NCBI GenBank assembly: GCA_030324005.1
Contig: JARDVH010000130.1
Span: forward strand, 40,891,223 to 40,955,222
Length of the DNA stretch: 64,000 bases
Origin: Negaprion brevirostris
Taxonomy: Eukaryota
Direction: 5' to 3'
Part shown: piece after piece, positions 13,348 through 25,239 of the stretch
How positions within the stretch are numbered: position 1 is the first letter of the stretch
Layout: every line of letters begins with the position of its first letter
Notes under the pieces: generated by a model
Seen by the model: only the letters and a program-made list of their open reading frames with translations
Databases searched by the model: none
What the model was told of the DNA's origin: nothing
Translations under genes and position numbers: made by a program

Positions 13348-13456
13348 CAAGTGAGTAAGATTATGAAGCTTACATGACAAGGTTCCAGAAACAATAGGAT
13401 ACTAACTATAAGTTTTTTCAGTGATATTGGTTGAGGTATAAATACTGACCAATGCA

Positions 13457-13757
13457 AAGTTAAAGTTTATTTATTAGTCACAAGTAGGCTTACATTAACA
13501 CTGCAAAGAAGTTACTGCAAAAATCCCCTAGTCGCCACACTCCAGAGCCTGTTCGGGTACACTGAGGGAGAACTTAGCACTGTCAATGTACCTAACTAGC
13601 AAGTCTTTCGGACTGTGGGAGGAAAACAGAGCACCCGGAGGAAACCCATGCAGACATGGGGAGAACATACAGATTCCTCACAGACAGTGACCTGAGCTGG
13701 AATCGAACCCAGGTCCTTGGAGCTGTAAGGCAGCAGTGCTGACCACTACGCCACGAT
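13457..13757 (-). mobile_element. HE1-like SINE (alternative tail)
   Basis: Full-length copy, inverted relative to 13053-13347. Confidence 0.9.
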
Positions 13758-14654
13758 GTCACAAGGGAGATAACTCCACTGTATTGCTATAGGATCTTTT
13801 ACATCTACCTGAGGGGATGGATGGGGTTAAAATCTCATCTGAAAGATGACACCTCTAAGTGAAGCACAGCCTCAGTAGTGGTGTTGAAATATCCAGATTA
13901 TATCCTCAAGTCTCTGCAATATGGCTGAAACCACAACCGTTTGACTTAGAGTACTATCCATTGACTCACAGTTGGTCTTAGGAAGAACAGGAGAAATTAA
14001 TTGGAGCAATGATCCTAACATCAATGGGGAAAAAAAATAGGTGATGGAGATAAAGTGATGATGGCTTGAAGTGAACCGATCAGAAGCTGAACATCAGGGT
14101 GAGATTCACTTTCAGTCATTACTCTGAGTTAGTTGTTAATATTAGGCAGCTGGGTCTATATGAGCCATTGGAAATGTCAGGGATTGGGCAAACGTAACTC
14201 TCCGTGATAAATGTTTGAAGCACAATGTAAGTGGAAGAACAATTAAACATCATTACCAAGCTCTCTCTATCCTTGAATGCACTTGACAACATGTGCAATA
14301 ACGCACTCGGCAATTTACTTGCATGAGCTACTAGAATCCACCCTTCATTTAAAAGCAACTTTCTGCTAATGAAAATGTAGCAATGCATAAGGTGAAGATG
14401 CAGTTTTGAGAAGGTCAATATTTGAACAGAACACTTCTGTACTGAGTATCATTTTACCCAACACATTCAGTTAAGGGAAGCGATGTGACTTTGACACAAA
14501 ATTGCACAACTGCTCAGTAGGTTCCTCATCCAGGTTATTCCTTGGCTGTTAATTGGTCAGTGTCAACAGCTTTTCCATCTCAGGTGAAGGAAGACCTGAA
14601 TTACAATCGCTGGTTATGATTGCATAAATTAGCAAGGCAAAGGTGGCATTGGTT

Positions 14655-14955
14655 GAGTGGCCAGCACTGCTGCCTCACAGCACTGGGGACAGGGGTTCAA
14701 TTCCTGTCTGCGGGGAGTTTGCACATTCTCCCCGTGTCTGCATGGGTTTCGTCTGGGTGCTCCAGCTTCCTCCCACACTCCAAAAGATGTGCAAATTGGC
14801 CATGCTAAATTGCTTCTTCATGTCTCAAGGTTTGTAGGTGAGGGAGATTAGCGGTGTGAGAATGTGGGGTTACCTGACTGGGATGCTCTGTTGGGCAGTT
14901 TGTCCAGATCTGATGGGCCAAATGGCTCCTCCTGCACTGCAGGAATTCCATGATC
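14655..14955 (+). mobile_element. HE1-type SINE (CR1 tail)
   Basis: Head, core and GATGGGCCAAATGGC tail. Confidence 0.85.
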
Positions 14956-15809
14956 TTGACAAGTGGCGAAGGAACAGTAGAGGCACTGGAATTGTTCCAA
15001 AGGGACAGGAAAGGTGGCCACCAATGATTCATCTAACAGTGAACCAGCACAAAGGAAGGAAGAGAACAGGTCAGACAAGGTCAGGATTGTGCTGATCTGC
15101 AATACCCTCCAGTAAAATAGCTGCTGAATAAACTGTCCAAACCTACAGGTTAAGAATGTCATTTGGATAATGTTCAAGAGATTTGACTGTTAAACTGAGC
15201 AGCACAGACAGTGCCTGAGGTAAGTTGGAAGAGGTGGACAAAGCGACTTGAATCTCCGGTAAGTTAACTCTCAACCAGGTGACACTGAACCTCTGAATTA
15301 GGTTCAAAGTTTTTACTCTAAACTAGGAAGCACAGCAACTGTCACTAAAATGTGTACCCAAAGACAATTTATTTTAGACAAAACATGGAATAATACCCAT
15401 CAAGGGAGGAAACTGCTCCCTTTATCTCCTCGTTCCCATCCCATATCCATAATAAAGATGAGTAAACACCATCAAATTCTTATTGCCTGACCTGGAAACA
15501 CACCCCAGTAGCTGAAATAATACTGGACAGAACATTTTCACAATTAAACATTTGGGTAGATCGCCAAAGATTCGAATACAGAACTGAATATTATAGGACA
15601 TATGATATGATTTTCCAAATTGAATAAAAATATAGTACTGCATGGAATTTACAGCACAAGAACCGGCCATTTGGTCTATATTGGTGTTTATGCTCCAAAT
15701 GAGCCACCTCCTTATCTACTTCTTTCTATCCCTTTCACTCGCGCATGTTTGCTAGATGCCTCAACTACTCCTTGTGGCAGCAAGTTGCAGATGTTATAAT
15801 CATAGGTTA

Positions 15810-16262
15810 CAATCATAGAATCCCTACAGTGCAGGCCATTCGGCCATCGGGTCTGCACCGACCACTGTCCCACTCAGGCCCCATCTTTGCAATCCCACAC
15901 ATTTACCTTGCTAACCGCCCTGACAACAAGGGGCAACTTAGAAAAGAATCTCTACAGTGCAGAATGAGGCCATTAGGCCCATCAAGTCTGCACTGACCTT
16001 AATCCCACCTGGCACGATCCCCGTAACCCTACATATTTACCTTGCTAATTCCCTGGCCCTAAGAGACAATTTAGCATGGCCAAGCCACCTAGCCTGCACA
16101 TCTTTGTAGTGTGGGAGGAAACCAGAGCACTCTGGGGAAACCCATGCAGACACGGGGAGAACGTGCAGACTTCATACCGACAGCAACCCAAGCCAGGGCT
16201 CTATCCCAGGTCCCTGGCACTGTGAGGCAACAGTTCTAACCACTGTGCCAATGTGCTGCCCC
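15810..16262 (-). mobile_element. tandem HE1-type SINEs (one partial, one full)
   Basis: Two consecutive tails (AGAATCCCTACAGTGCAG and AGAATCTCTACAGTGCAG) and one head. Confidence 0.85.
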
Positions 16263-17619
16263 TGAATAAATCACGGAGGAGAATGGNNNNNNNNNNNNNN
16301 NNNNNNNNNNNNNNNNNNNNNNNNNNNNNNNNNNNNNNNNNNNNNNNNNNNNNNNNNNNNNNNNNNNNNNNNNNNNNNNNNNNNNNCTGTGCCAATGTGC
16401 TGCCCCTGAATAAATCACTGAGGAGAATGGGATTAATCAATTTCTGGGTAGATCTCATTCCGACTCACATTTTGGATCCTTGCAGCAGCTAAAGTTGAGC
16501 ATGAACTCTGTGTCTTTGGCAAGATCAATTATCAAATGTCACTTTAAAATTCATCTCCTGCAAACATTTATGGGAAACATTGCTGGCAAGCTCACATCCA
16601 TATTTGGAAAGAATAGCTATCCATAAAATTTCATTTTGCCCCTTCAAATACACAAAACCTTCGACCATTTGGTGCTCTGGAGGATTGGCTTTCATCAGTT
16701 AAATGACAAGATTGTGCTGACATCCCAGACACACAATAATTTAGTCTATATTTATTCAGTGGGAGTGAATGTTATTTTTTAAACTGCTCAGGAAAAAGGA
16801 GGCACTCAGAGGTTTATGGACCTTTTAACATTTGAAAATAACACTGCCAAGTCACAGGCACCACTGGGAAGGACTGCATAATTAATCATTCCTTGCTCGT
16901 TTATTCACTGCGAGCTATTATTAAAAAGGTAAGTTTTGTACTTCAACTTTCTGGCCAGCTGTAGCATTTACATACCTGCACCTTTTTAAACCACCCATGG
17001 GGACAAACTGCTTTTACAAAATGGGCTTTGAATGGATAATTTCCCAATCCATAGACTGAACCATTGTTCATTTGTTCAGACTGGAGACTTTTCCATCTTG
17101 TCCTGGCCCTCTAGNNNNNNNNNNNNNNNNNNNNNNNNNNNNNNNNNNNNNNNNNNNNNNNNNNNNNNNNNNNNNNNNNNNNNNNNNNNNNNNNNNNNNN
17201 NNNNNNNNNNNNNNNNNNNNNNNNNNNNNNNNNNNNNNNNNNNNNNNNNNNNNNNNNNNNNNNNNNNNNNNNNNNNNNNNNNNNNNNNNNNNNNNNNNNN
17301 NNNNNNNNNNNNNNNNNNNNNNNNNNNNNNNNNNNNNNNNNNNNNNNNNNNNNNNNNNNNNNNNNNNNNNNNNNNNNNNNNNNNNNNNNNNNNNNNNNNN
17401 NNNNNNNNNNNNNNNNNNNNNNNNNNNNNNNNNNNNNNNNNNNNNNNNNNNNNNNNNNNNNNNNNNNNNNNNNNNNNNNNNNNNNNNNNNNNNNNNNNNN
17501 NNNNNNNNNNNNNNNNNNNNNNNNNNNNNNNNNNNNNNNNNNNNNNNNNNNNNNNNNNNNNNNNNNNNNNNNNNNNNNNNNNNNNNNNNNNNNNNNNNNN
17601 NNNNNNNNNNNNNNNNNNG

Positions 17620-17762
17620 GAGTGTGGGAGGAAAGTGGAGCACCCAGAGGAAACTCACAGACATGAGGAGAACGTGTAGACTCCACATAGACAGTGATCC
17701 AAGCCGGGAATCGAACCCGGATCCCTGGCGCTGTGAGGCAGTAGTGCTAACCACAGCCGTCC
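17620..17762 (-). mobile_element. HE1-type SINE head (remainder in gap)
   Basis: GGGAATCGAACCCGGATCCCTGGCGCTGTGAGGCAG. Confidence 0.85.
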
Positions 17763-18789
17763 ATGAATAAATCACTGAGGAGGATGGGATTATTCAATTT
17801 CTGGGCAGATTTCATTCCGACTCACATTTTGGATCTTGCAGTAGCAGATTTGTGCAGGAGGCTGGAAGCAATGAACATTTCACATGGATTGAAGAGGAAG
17901 GAGGAGAACATGCATAAATGCAGATGCAAATGTAACAAATGCAATTTTTTTTTCATATAACTTGGTACAACACCCAATACAAATGATTTCACTAAAACAC
18001 AGTGCTTTGGCATCCCTGGTCCATCATCTTAACACTGTACAACATTCACTTTGTAACAGACATCGCCAATTTTTGGCAAATCACTTTGAACTGTTACTAA
18101 CCCGTAGAATGTTACCAACTTTGTACAACATTTTAAATTGAATACAAATTGTACACATTACAAGTGATAACAGCTGGATTGTATCATATGTTACTGAAGT
18201 TTGGAATAGAATTTTCTGTTTGTAGCAAGCTCAATGTGTGAGCGGTATTCATTGCAAAATAAATGACCCAAGACTGGCTTATAAATAATATAATTCAAGC
18301 ATTTGACTATTTTTGGTGGCAACCTTTTCAGATAACATGACAGTTATTCATTAATATGTGAAAAGGAATCCAACAATACGCAGCAATTAGGATAATTATT
18401 TGAGAAGCAATTCCATTGTTCTTGGCTCATCTGTCTAGAAAGACGTGAAAATATTACTTTTTTGCATTCACTTGGCTCTTAAAACATGAGTTTTCATCAT
18501 CCATTAGAGCGCCACTCCATATACTGGCTGCTGTGTCCAGAACTTGCTGCTGTCAGTCCCCACCTCATCTTTTATAGGCTTGAACCCATGCTCCTTTCTC
18601 TAATTAATTTAACAGCATTGTAGCTGGTGAGACAGTTCTCCAGCTATGGACATGAACAGGTTATAAGCAACCTCATAAATGGAAATATCATTGCGTTCAG
18701 AGAAAGAAGAATATTAGGCTCAAGTTCCAGCATTCAGTATCTGAATCAAGCGCTCCCAAATCAGTTATAGAATGGGTAAGATGCCAAGT

Positions 18790-19197
18790 CAGGCAGCACA
18801 GTGGTTGGCACTGCTGCATCACAGCACTAGCAACCCGGGTTCAATTCCCAGCTTGGGTAAGTGTCCATGCAGAATCTGCACGTTCTCCCCGTGTCTGCAT
18901 GGTTTTCCTCCAGTTTCTCTGACAGTCCTAAAGATGTGGTTAGGTCCGAGATAAAAGTAAATTACTGCGGGTGCTGGAATCTGAAATCAAAAGAAATAAC
19001 ACTGGAAAATCTCAGCACTTCTGGCAACATCTGTAAGGAGAGAAAAGAGCTCAACTTTGACAGAGGGTCATCTGGACTTGAAATGTCAGCTGTTTTCTCT
19101 CCTTACAGATGTTGCCAGACCTGCTGAGATTTTCCTGCATTTTCTCTTTTGCTTGCTGTTTAGGTCCTTTGGCTATGCTAAATTCTCCCTATGTGTA
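18790..19197 (+). mobile_element. HE1-like SINE interrupted by a fold-back element
   Basis: Head and core run to 18947; resumes at 19157 with TTGGCTATGCTAAATTCTCCCT. Confidence 0.85.
18948..19156. mobile_element. Penelope-like-derived fold-back element with hammerhead-like core
   Basis: ~67-nt inverted arms (18984-19051/19088-19154); loop TTGACAG-A-GGGTC-ATCTG-GACTT-GAAA-TGTC; 11-bp near-TSD TGGTTAGGTCC/TGTTTAGGTCC. Confidence 0.75.
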
Positions 19198-19355
19198 TTG
19201 ATTTGATTTATTATCATATGTATTAGTATAATGAAAAGTATTGTTTCTTGCATGCTATACAAAGCACACCGTTCATAGAGAAGGAAATGAGACAATGCAG
19301 AATGTAGTGTTACAGTCATAGCTAGGGTGCAGATCAACTTAATGCAAGGTAGGTC
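19198..19355 (-). mobile_element. Rex1/Babar LINE 3' end
   Basis: Matches the 3' UTR seen at 58178-58370 and 22330-22820. Confidence 0.75.
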
Positions 19356-20249
19356 NNNNNNNNNNNNNNNNNNNNNNNNNNNNNNNNNNNNNNNNNNNNN
19401 NNNNNNNNNNNNNNNNNNNNNNNNNNNNNNNNNNNNNNNNNNNNNNNNNNNNNNNTTTATTTGGCTGTCTTACTGAAAGTAACATGAAAATGAGGTAGGC
19501 TTTTTGTCGCCCATTAATTGGACTCTGGTGGGCGACATCGCCGAACGTAATTAAAACAAACACGGCGAATCATCTGTACGACTGGACTTCCAGGACCGCG
19601 ATCACAACGCGGCGGATTGTAAAGGGCTCCTTAATTACCTCCAACACCACAGTATCACAAGACTTTTATCAGAAATTAAAGGATATTGTGTCGTAGAACT
19701 GCAGGAATCGTTAGAAGGCAGTAATTAGTATGGACTGTTAATAGATCGTGGCTCTGATCGCAGTACCAGTAACGGGCATGCCTGAGAGGTTCAAAAATCT
19801 TTAATGAACACCTGCGTTACAGAGAGAACTGTAGCCCGTGCCCTCAGATGTGGCTGATTGATGCCTGTAAGTCATTAAAATTAAAGCCACGGCGTCCTTT
19901 CTTGTTGGCTGCTGCTCTGGTATTTTTTTTTAAGCAAAAATATCCAAGGTAGACGTCCCCATCACATTTAGGTTCATGATGTCAGATCCCACATTGCGAA
20001 ATAAATTATTTAGCGCCGAATCCCAGTGTTACTGATTGTGCAACCCTTGTCAAAATACCCCGTATGCCTGGCTGCGGAAAGCTCGCGCAGGCTTTCCAGA
20101 GAACTCATCGAGGGTCCTGGAGAGAATCGAAGGGGGGGAAGTGTCAATCGCGAGACTGTGAAGGGATTTCACAGGATCCTGTAGGGTAATTTCGTATGCT
20201 TGTAACTTAGAGAAAGAGCTGAATTCTCTTCCCGCCCACATTATACGCT

Positions 20250-20830
20250 CTCATCCCTCCCCTACCTTTGCCACCTCCTTCACCACTGCAACTTCCTGAG
20301 ATCTCCGCCCTCCACTAATTTCAGCCTCTTGCTTATTCTTCATTTTAATCACTCTATCATTGGCAGCCTTACGCCCTTCCCTGCCATTCCACCTCCCCTT
20401 CCTTTAAGGGCTGCATGGTGGCACAGTGGTTAGCACTGCTGCCTCCCAGCGCCAGGGACTTGGGTTTGGTTCCCGACTTGGGTCACTGCCTGTGTGGAGT
20501 CTTAACATTCTCCCCATGTCTGGTGCAATTCCTCTGTGTGCTCTGGTTTCCTCCCATTGTCTGGAACACATGCTGGTTCGGTGCCTTGGCTGTGCTAAAT
20601 TCTACCATGGTGTACCTGAACAGGCACCGGAGTTGTTCAACTACGGGATTTTCACAGTACCTTCATTGCAGTGTTAGTGTAAGCCTACTTGTGACACAAA
20701 TAAATGAAATAAGACACTCTTCACAGCTTTGACCAAGCATTTGGACAAATTTCTCCTTATGTGGTTCAATTTAAATTTGGTTCCATAACATCCTTGTGAA
20801 TGGATGCTATCTATAAATGGAAATTATCCC
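20250..20830 (+). mobile_element. old L2 LINE 3' end split by a SINE
   Basis: CTGAGATCTCCGCCCTCC..TTCAGCCTCTTG...CCTTTAAG [SINE] ..CTTTGACCAAGCATTTGG...GCTATCTATAAATG. Confidence 0.6.
20409..20712 (+). mobile_element. HE1-like SINE (alternative tail)
   Basis: Full-length copy. Confidence 0.9.
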
Positions 20831-21249
20831 AACCTCCAGTCAATCTGCTCCCTGTAGCAGCGCTGAGTGGAAATCAATAGATCGTCTGGACTGTGGAAAT
20901 CACCTTTTCAACATCAACCAGCATTGGGATTTCGACGGATTTAATCAGAAGTGTAACTTCAAACCATCTGAACGAATATCTTAATGCCAAATAACAAAGT
21001 TCCATCGAAGCAGATCTTGGGGCAACCCTGCCTCTGAGTCTAGAATCTCTGGGACTTGATGGCCGCAGATGTTGTGTTCTTTATATGGCCAGATAGGTTG
21101 AATATGCCTCCAGCAGGCAATAAGAGGAGAGTCCCTCTGCCTCAACTATGTTTGATGCAGATTTCTCCCCTGCAAGCTATAGTCTCTTGGTGACAGACCT
21201 GTGACCTTTCCCAGGAAAATCTAGCCGCAGAAACAAATGGAAAGCATAG

Positions 21250-21577
21250 ACCTTCTGGCATTATCCCCAGACAATTAATGCAAAAACTTAACCAATGTTC
21301 TGGGGAACTGGGTTCAAATGCCACCAAGGCAGATGATGGGATTTGAATTCAAGTAAAAAGTATCTATAATTCAGAATCTATTGATGACCATGAAACTACT
21401 GTTGATTGTCAGAAAAACCCATCTGGTTCAGTAATGTCCATTAAGGAAGGAAATCTGCCATCCTTACCTGGTCTGGCCTACATGTGACTCCAGAGCCACA
21501 GCCCTCAGCCAACTAGGGATGGGCAATAAATGTTGGCCAGCCAGCAACGCCCATGTCCCACTAATGAATGAAAAAAA
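21250..21577 (+). mobile_element. second tRNA-derived SINE family (here called SINE-B)
   Basis: GGGTTCAAATGCCACC..GCAGATG...AAACCCATCTGGTTCA...GGGATGGGCAATAAATG...ATGAATGAAAAAAA; multiple copies in the window. Confidence 0.8.
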
Positions 21578-21954
21578 GCCTCATGCTTTGTCTGCCTCAT
21601 ACACAGTCAGGCATGGAGAGGGAATGGAAGATGTAACTGGAGAACTGGAACAATAACACTTTGTGGCTTAAATCTGTACAATTCTGCTTTTCCAAAAATT
21701 TTAAATATTATGCAGAACACAACACGAGCTTAAAATAATACAAAAACAAAAAGCGCTTGGGCAACGAAACAGTTTTTCCTCATGGCTATTGCTCTCCTGG
21801 ACAACCCACCCTGGTCCTTATGACTACAGTATTTCTTCCAAACTTTTTCACTTTCAAAGGAAGCAGAAACTATAGGTTAGTACCTCTCCAAGGCTATCAG
21901 TGAATTTGGTCACACCACCATTGAGATTAGATTGATCCAAAAACACAAGACAGC

Positions 21955-22060
21955 AACAAAAACAGAAAATCTCAGCAGGTCTGACAGCCTCTGTGAAGAT
22001 GGAGCAGAGTTAGCGTTTTGAGCCTGGATGACCCAAGAGTCTTCCAGACTCAAAACACTG
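21955..22060. mobile_element. Penelope-like terminal-repeat fragment, head-to-head
   Basis: AATCTCAGCAGGTCTGACAGC arm plus an inverted pair at 22015-22056 of the GGGTCATC.AG.CTCAAAAC motif. Confidence 0.65.
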
Positions 22061-22159
22061 GTCATAATTTTAATAGCACGCCCGCCGTTCATATTGTTAG
22101 CCTTGCTTATTTTTCCTGCCACTTCAACAATGCGCCACTCTGGATCCAGAAGACCTAAA

Positions 22160-22820
22160 TTCTCCGCTGCCTTGGAAAAGCAGGCAGCATAATTAAGGAC
22201 CCCACACACCCCAGATATTCTCTCTTCCACCTTCTTCCATTGGAAAAAAGATGCAAAAGTCTGAAGTCACATACCAACTAAATCAAGAACAGCTTCTTCC
22301 CTGCTGCCATCAGACTTTTGAATAGACCTACCTTATGTTGATCTTTCTCTCCACCCTAGCTATACTCTGCGCCTTCCCCTTTCCTTCTTCCCTATGTTCT
22401 CAATGAACAGTATGTTTTGCCTGTATAGTGTACAAGGAACAATACTTTTCACGGTATCCCAATATATTTTTAAAATTTATTCATTCATGGGATGTTGACT
22501 TTGCTGGCTGGGCCAGCATTTGTTGCCCATCCCTCAGGCATTTAAGAGTCAACCATATTGCTGTGGCTAGACCAGGTAAGGACAGCAGACTTCCTTCCCT
22601 AAAAGGCATTAGGGAACCAGATGGATTTTTATGACAATTGACAATGGTTTCATGGTCAAATTCAGATTCCAGATTTTTATTGATTTCAAATTTCACCATC
22701 TGCTGTGATGGGATTTGAACCCAGGTCCCCAGAGCTGGGCCTCTGCTTTACTAGTCCAGTGACAATACCACCAGCCACTGTCTTCTCCAGTGTGTCAATA
22801 ATAAATCAATTCAAATAAAT
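22160..22820 (+). mobile_element. Rex1/Babar LINE 3' end split by SINE-B
   Basis: CLGKAGSIIKDPTHP..SLF.LLP..KR...IKNSFFPAAIRLLN; tail resumes at 22790 (AATAATAAATCAATTCAAAT). Confidence 0.8.
22465..22790 (-). mobile_element. SINE-B
   Basis: Reverse complement of the family at 21250-21577. Confidence 0.8.
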
Positions 22821-23039
22821 AGAATGACAATATGAAATATACCTACTGCTTTAGCTGCTCTTCCATTCATCCACGAGGTTACCAACATAGAGAGGGAAAT
22901 GGTAACTGTGATGTTTCCAAAATGGCACTGTGCACATGCAGAACAGGCAAAAGACAATTGGCACAGCTCATTGCATGCAAGCCCCATTTCCTTAACATGC
23001 CTTCAGGTTTTCCGATCTTGAATCAACTCCAATGGGGGG

Positions 23040-23340
23040 TGGCACGGGAGCACAGTGTTTGGCACTGCTGCCTCAGAGTGCCAGGGACCCAGGTTCGATT
23101 CCTGGCTTCGGTCACTGTCTGTATGGAGTCTGCACATTCTCCCCATGTCCGTGTGGGATTACTCCGGATGCTCCAGTTTCCTCCCACAGTCAGAAAGACG
23201 TGCTGGTTAGGTACATTGGCCGTGCTAAATTCTCCCCCAGTGTACCAGGCGCCGAAGTGTGGCGACTAGGGGATTTTCGTAGCAACCTCATTGCAGTGTT
23301 AATGTAAACCTACTTGTCACACTAATAAAAAAACTGAACT
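23040..23340 (+). mobile_element. HE1-like SINE (alternative tail)
   Basis: Full-length copy. Confidence 0.9.
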
Positions 23341-24379
23341 AATTCATAATTGTAAATACGTTAGAGGCAGAAGTAGCAGGCCCCTAGGAAGACGAGATGG
23401 CAGCACAGGCCAACAAAGTCGCGACATGGTGGCATCATTTGTAACGGAGAATACATTCAATTGCATTTTTACTTTGAATAGTTTCTCCATTATCAGGAAA
23501 AGTGGTCTTCTCATTGTCAACGGCGAAACCCGTGCGTACAGGTTGCAATATTCGTTCAGTGTGGCAGGACGGTTTGTCTTTTTACATTTCACAAACATGA
23601 TGAAATACATCGTTATCACCGAATTAAAGGCTAGACGTGCCACAGTACATTAATGATCACCTTCTTTCAATAGATTTCTCTTGCTGCTGTTCCAAATATC
23701 AAAATCGCATTGACTGAAATAGGATAAAAAGCATTACACCTACTTATGATGTTTGACTTGAAGGATTATAGCTTCAATGACAAGTACTTAAGTGCTCTGG
23801 GCTTGCTCTTCCAGCTGTCTAAGTAGTAATGAAATACTCAGCCAATACTGCATAACTCCGTCACAACACTTTCTGATGTAAGGGAACTTCTGACACAACA
23901 CGTATTGTTTTACTGTTTCCCCCAGTGGACAAAAGTCACCCTTATATATATTTAACTCCTCTACCGCGAGCTCTCAAGACAAAGTCTCAGCGATTAGCAA
24001 ACACTGATAAAATCTCAGGGTTCAGGTTATATGAAAGGCTTGGGCAATGAGGTGTCATCAGTTTGCACATAACACTGACATCACCTTGCCGGCCCTGAGT
24101 TTGTTATGCTAAGTTATGTTTTAAGTTTATTACTGATACAATTTTCGTCTCTGCTTGAGCATGGAATTCATTAATGACATACTGCTGCACTCTGATGAAT
24201 CACCGCAGTGGATGATATGGTAACAGTGAGAAAATCACTGAGGTAAATGCAGATTCCAGCATCCGCAGTGTTGTGCTGTTTTATTCTACTGCAGCTGTAC
24301 ATCGGTTGACAATGCAGCAGAACACAATCTTTTTGGATCAAATTCTTTCACTGGTTTGTATTTGATTGCACATATCAAT

Positions 24380-24677
24380 TGCACGGTGGCACAGTGGTTA
24401 GCACTGCTGCCTCACAGCGTTAGAGACCTGCATTCGATTCCCAGCTTGGGGTCATTGTCTGTGCGGAGTCTGCATGTTCTCCCCGTGTCTGCGTGGGGGT
24501 TTCCTCCAGGCGCTCGAGTTTCCTCCCACAGTCTGAAAGACATGCTGGTTAGGTGCACTGGCCATGCTAAATTCTCCCTCAGTGTACCTGAACAGGTGCC
24601 AGAGTGTGGCCACTAGAGGATTTTTACAGCAACTTCATTGCAGTGTTAATGCAAGCCTAGTTATGACTGATAAATAG
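24380..24677 (+). mobile_element. HE1-like SINE (alternative tail)
   Basis: Full-length copy. Confidence 0.9.
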
Positions 24678-25054
24678 TGACGCAGCCCTTACCACCTTCC
24701 AACAATTGGATTAAAAGAACATGTGAATAATAACAAAAAGACTGAAATTTTCCAAGCCATGGAATTGCAGAAATTTCTTGGTAGAATAAAGGAGAGACTA
24801 GAGAAACTGGGACTGTTCTCATTCAGAATACAGGTATTGGAAATTGATTCGTTCTAACTTCCAAACTGGGATTCGATTCATATTAAAATGGAAAATTTTG
24901 CAAGAGTATCTGATTGGTGAAAGATCATCAGCCTCTCTCCATATTTACATGATTGTCTAATTTTATCTCAGATTCTGCTGTCTATCTCCTTTGTTATGAT
25001 TAAGATTCAAAGGAGGTGTAAAAATTATGATTGAGCTAAAACAGTAGTCACTGT

Positions 25055-25150
25055 TTCTAAAGGTCATCATCCTGGAACATTAACTCTCCTTCTCTCACAG
25101 ATGCTGCCAGACCTGCTATGTAATTCCAGTACTGTTTCAGATTTCCAGCT
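25055..25150 (+). mobile_element. Penelope-like terminal-repeat remnant
   Basis: AAAGGTCATC..CCTGGAACATTAAC..CTCTCACAGATGCTGCCAGACCTGCT...CAGATTTCCAGC. Confidence 0.6.
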
Positions 25151-25239
25151 TCTTTAATTGGAATCCATTCACATCAAATGGAAATAAACATAACCAGGAA
25201 TCAGTAAACAATTCAAGAAAAAAAAACAGCCAAAAATCT

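Larger units (their letters stand above)
12890..13975 (-). mobile_element. DeuSINE-type SINE fragments interrupted by younger SINEs
   Basis: CAGTGATATTGGTTGAGGTATAAATACTGACC ... TGCTATAGGATCTTTTACATCTACCTGAG ... CTCAAGTCTCTG. Confidence 0.6.

Noticed and set aside
16243-16430. 44-bp direct repeat on both sides of the 100-N gap
   Set aside because: Nearly identical overlap of contig ends, typical of an unmerged assembly join
17032-17775. Long ORFs (190-235 aa) in the ORF track
   Set aside because: They consist almost entirely of N-gap
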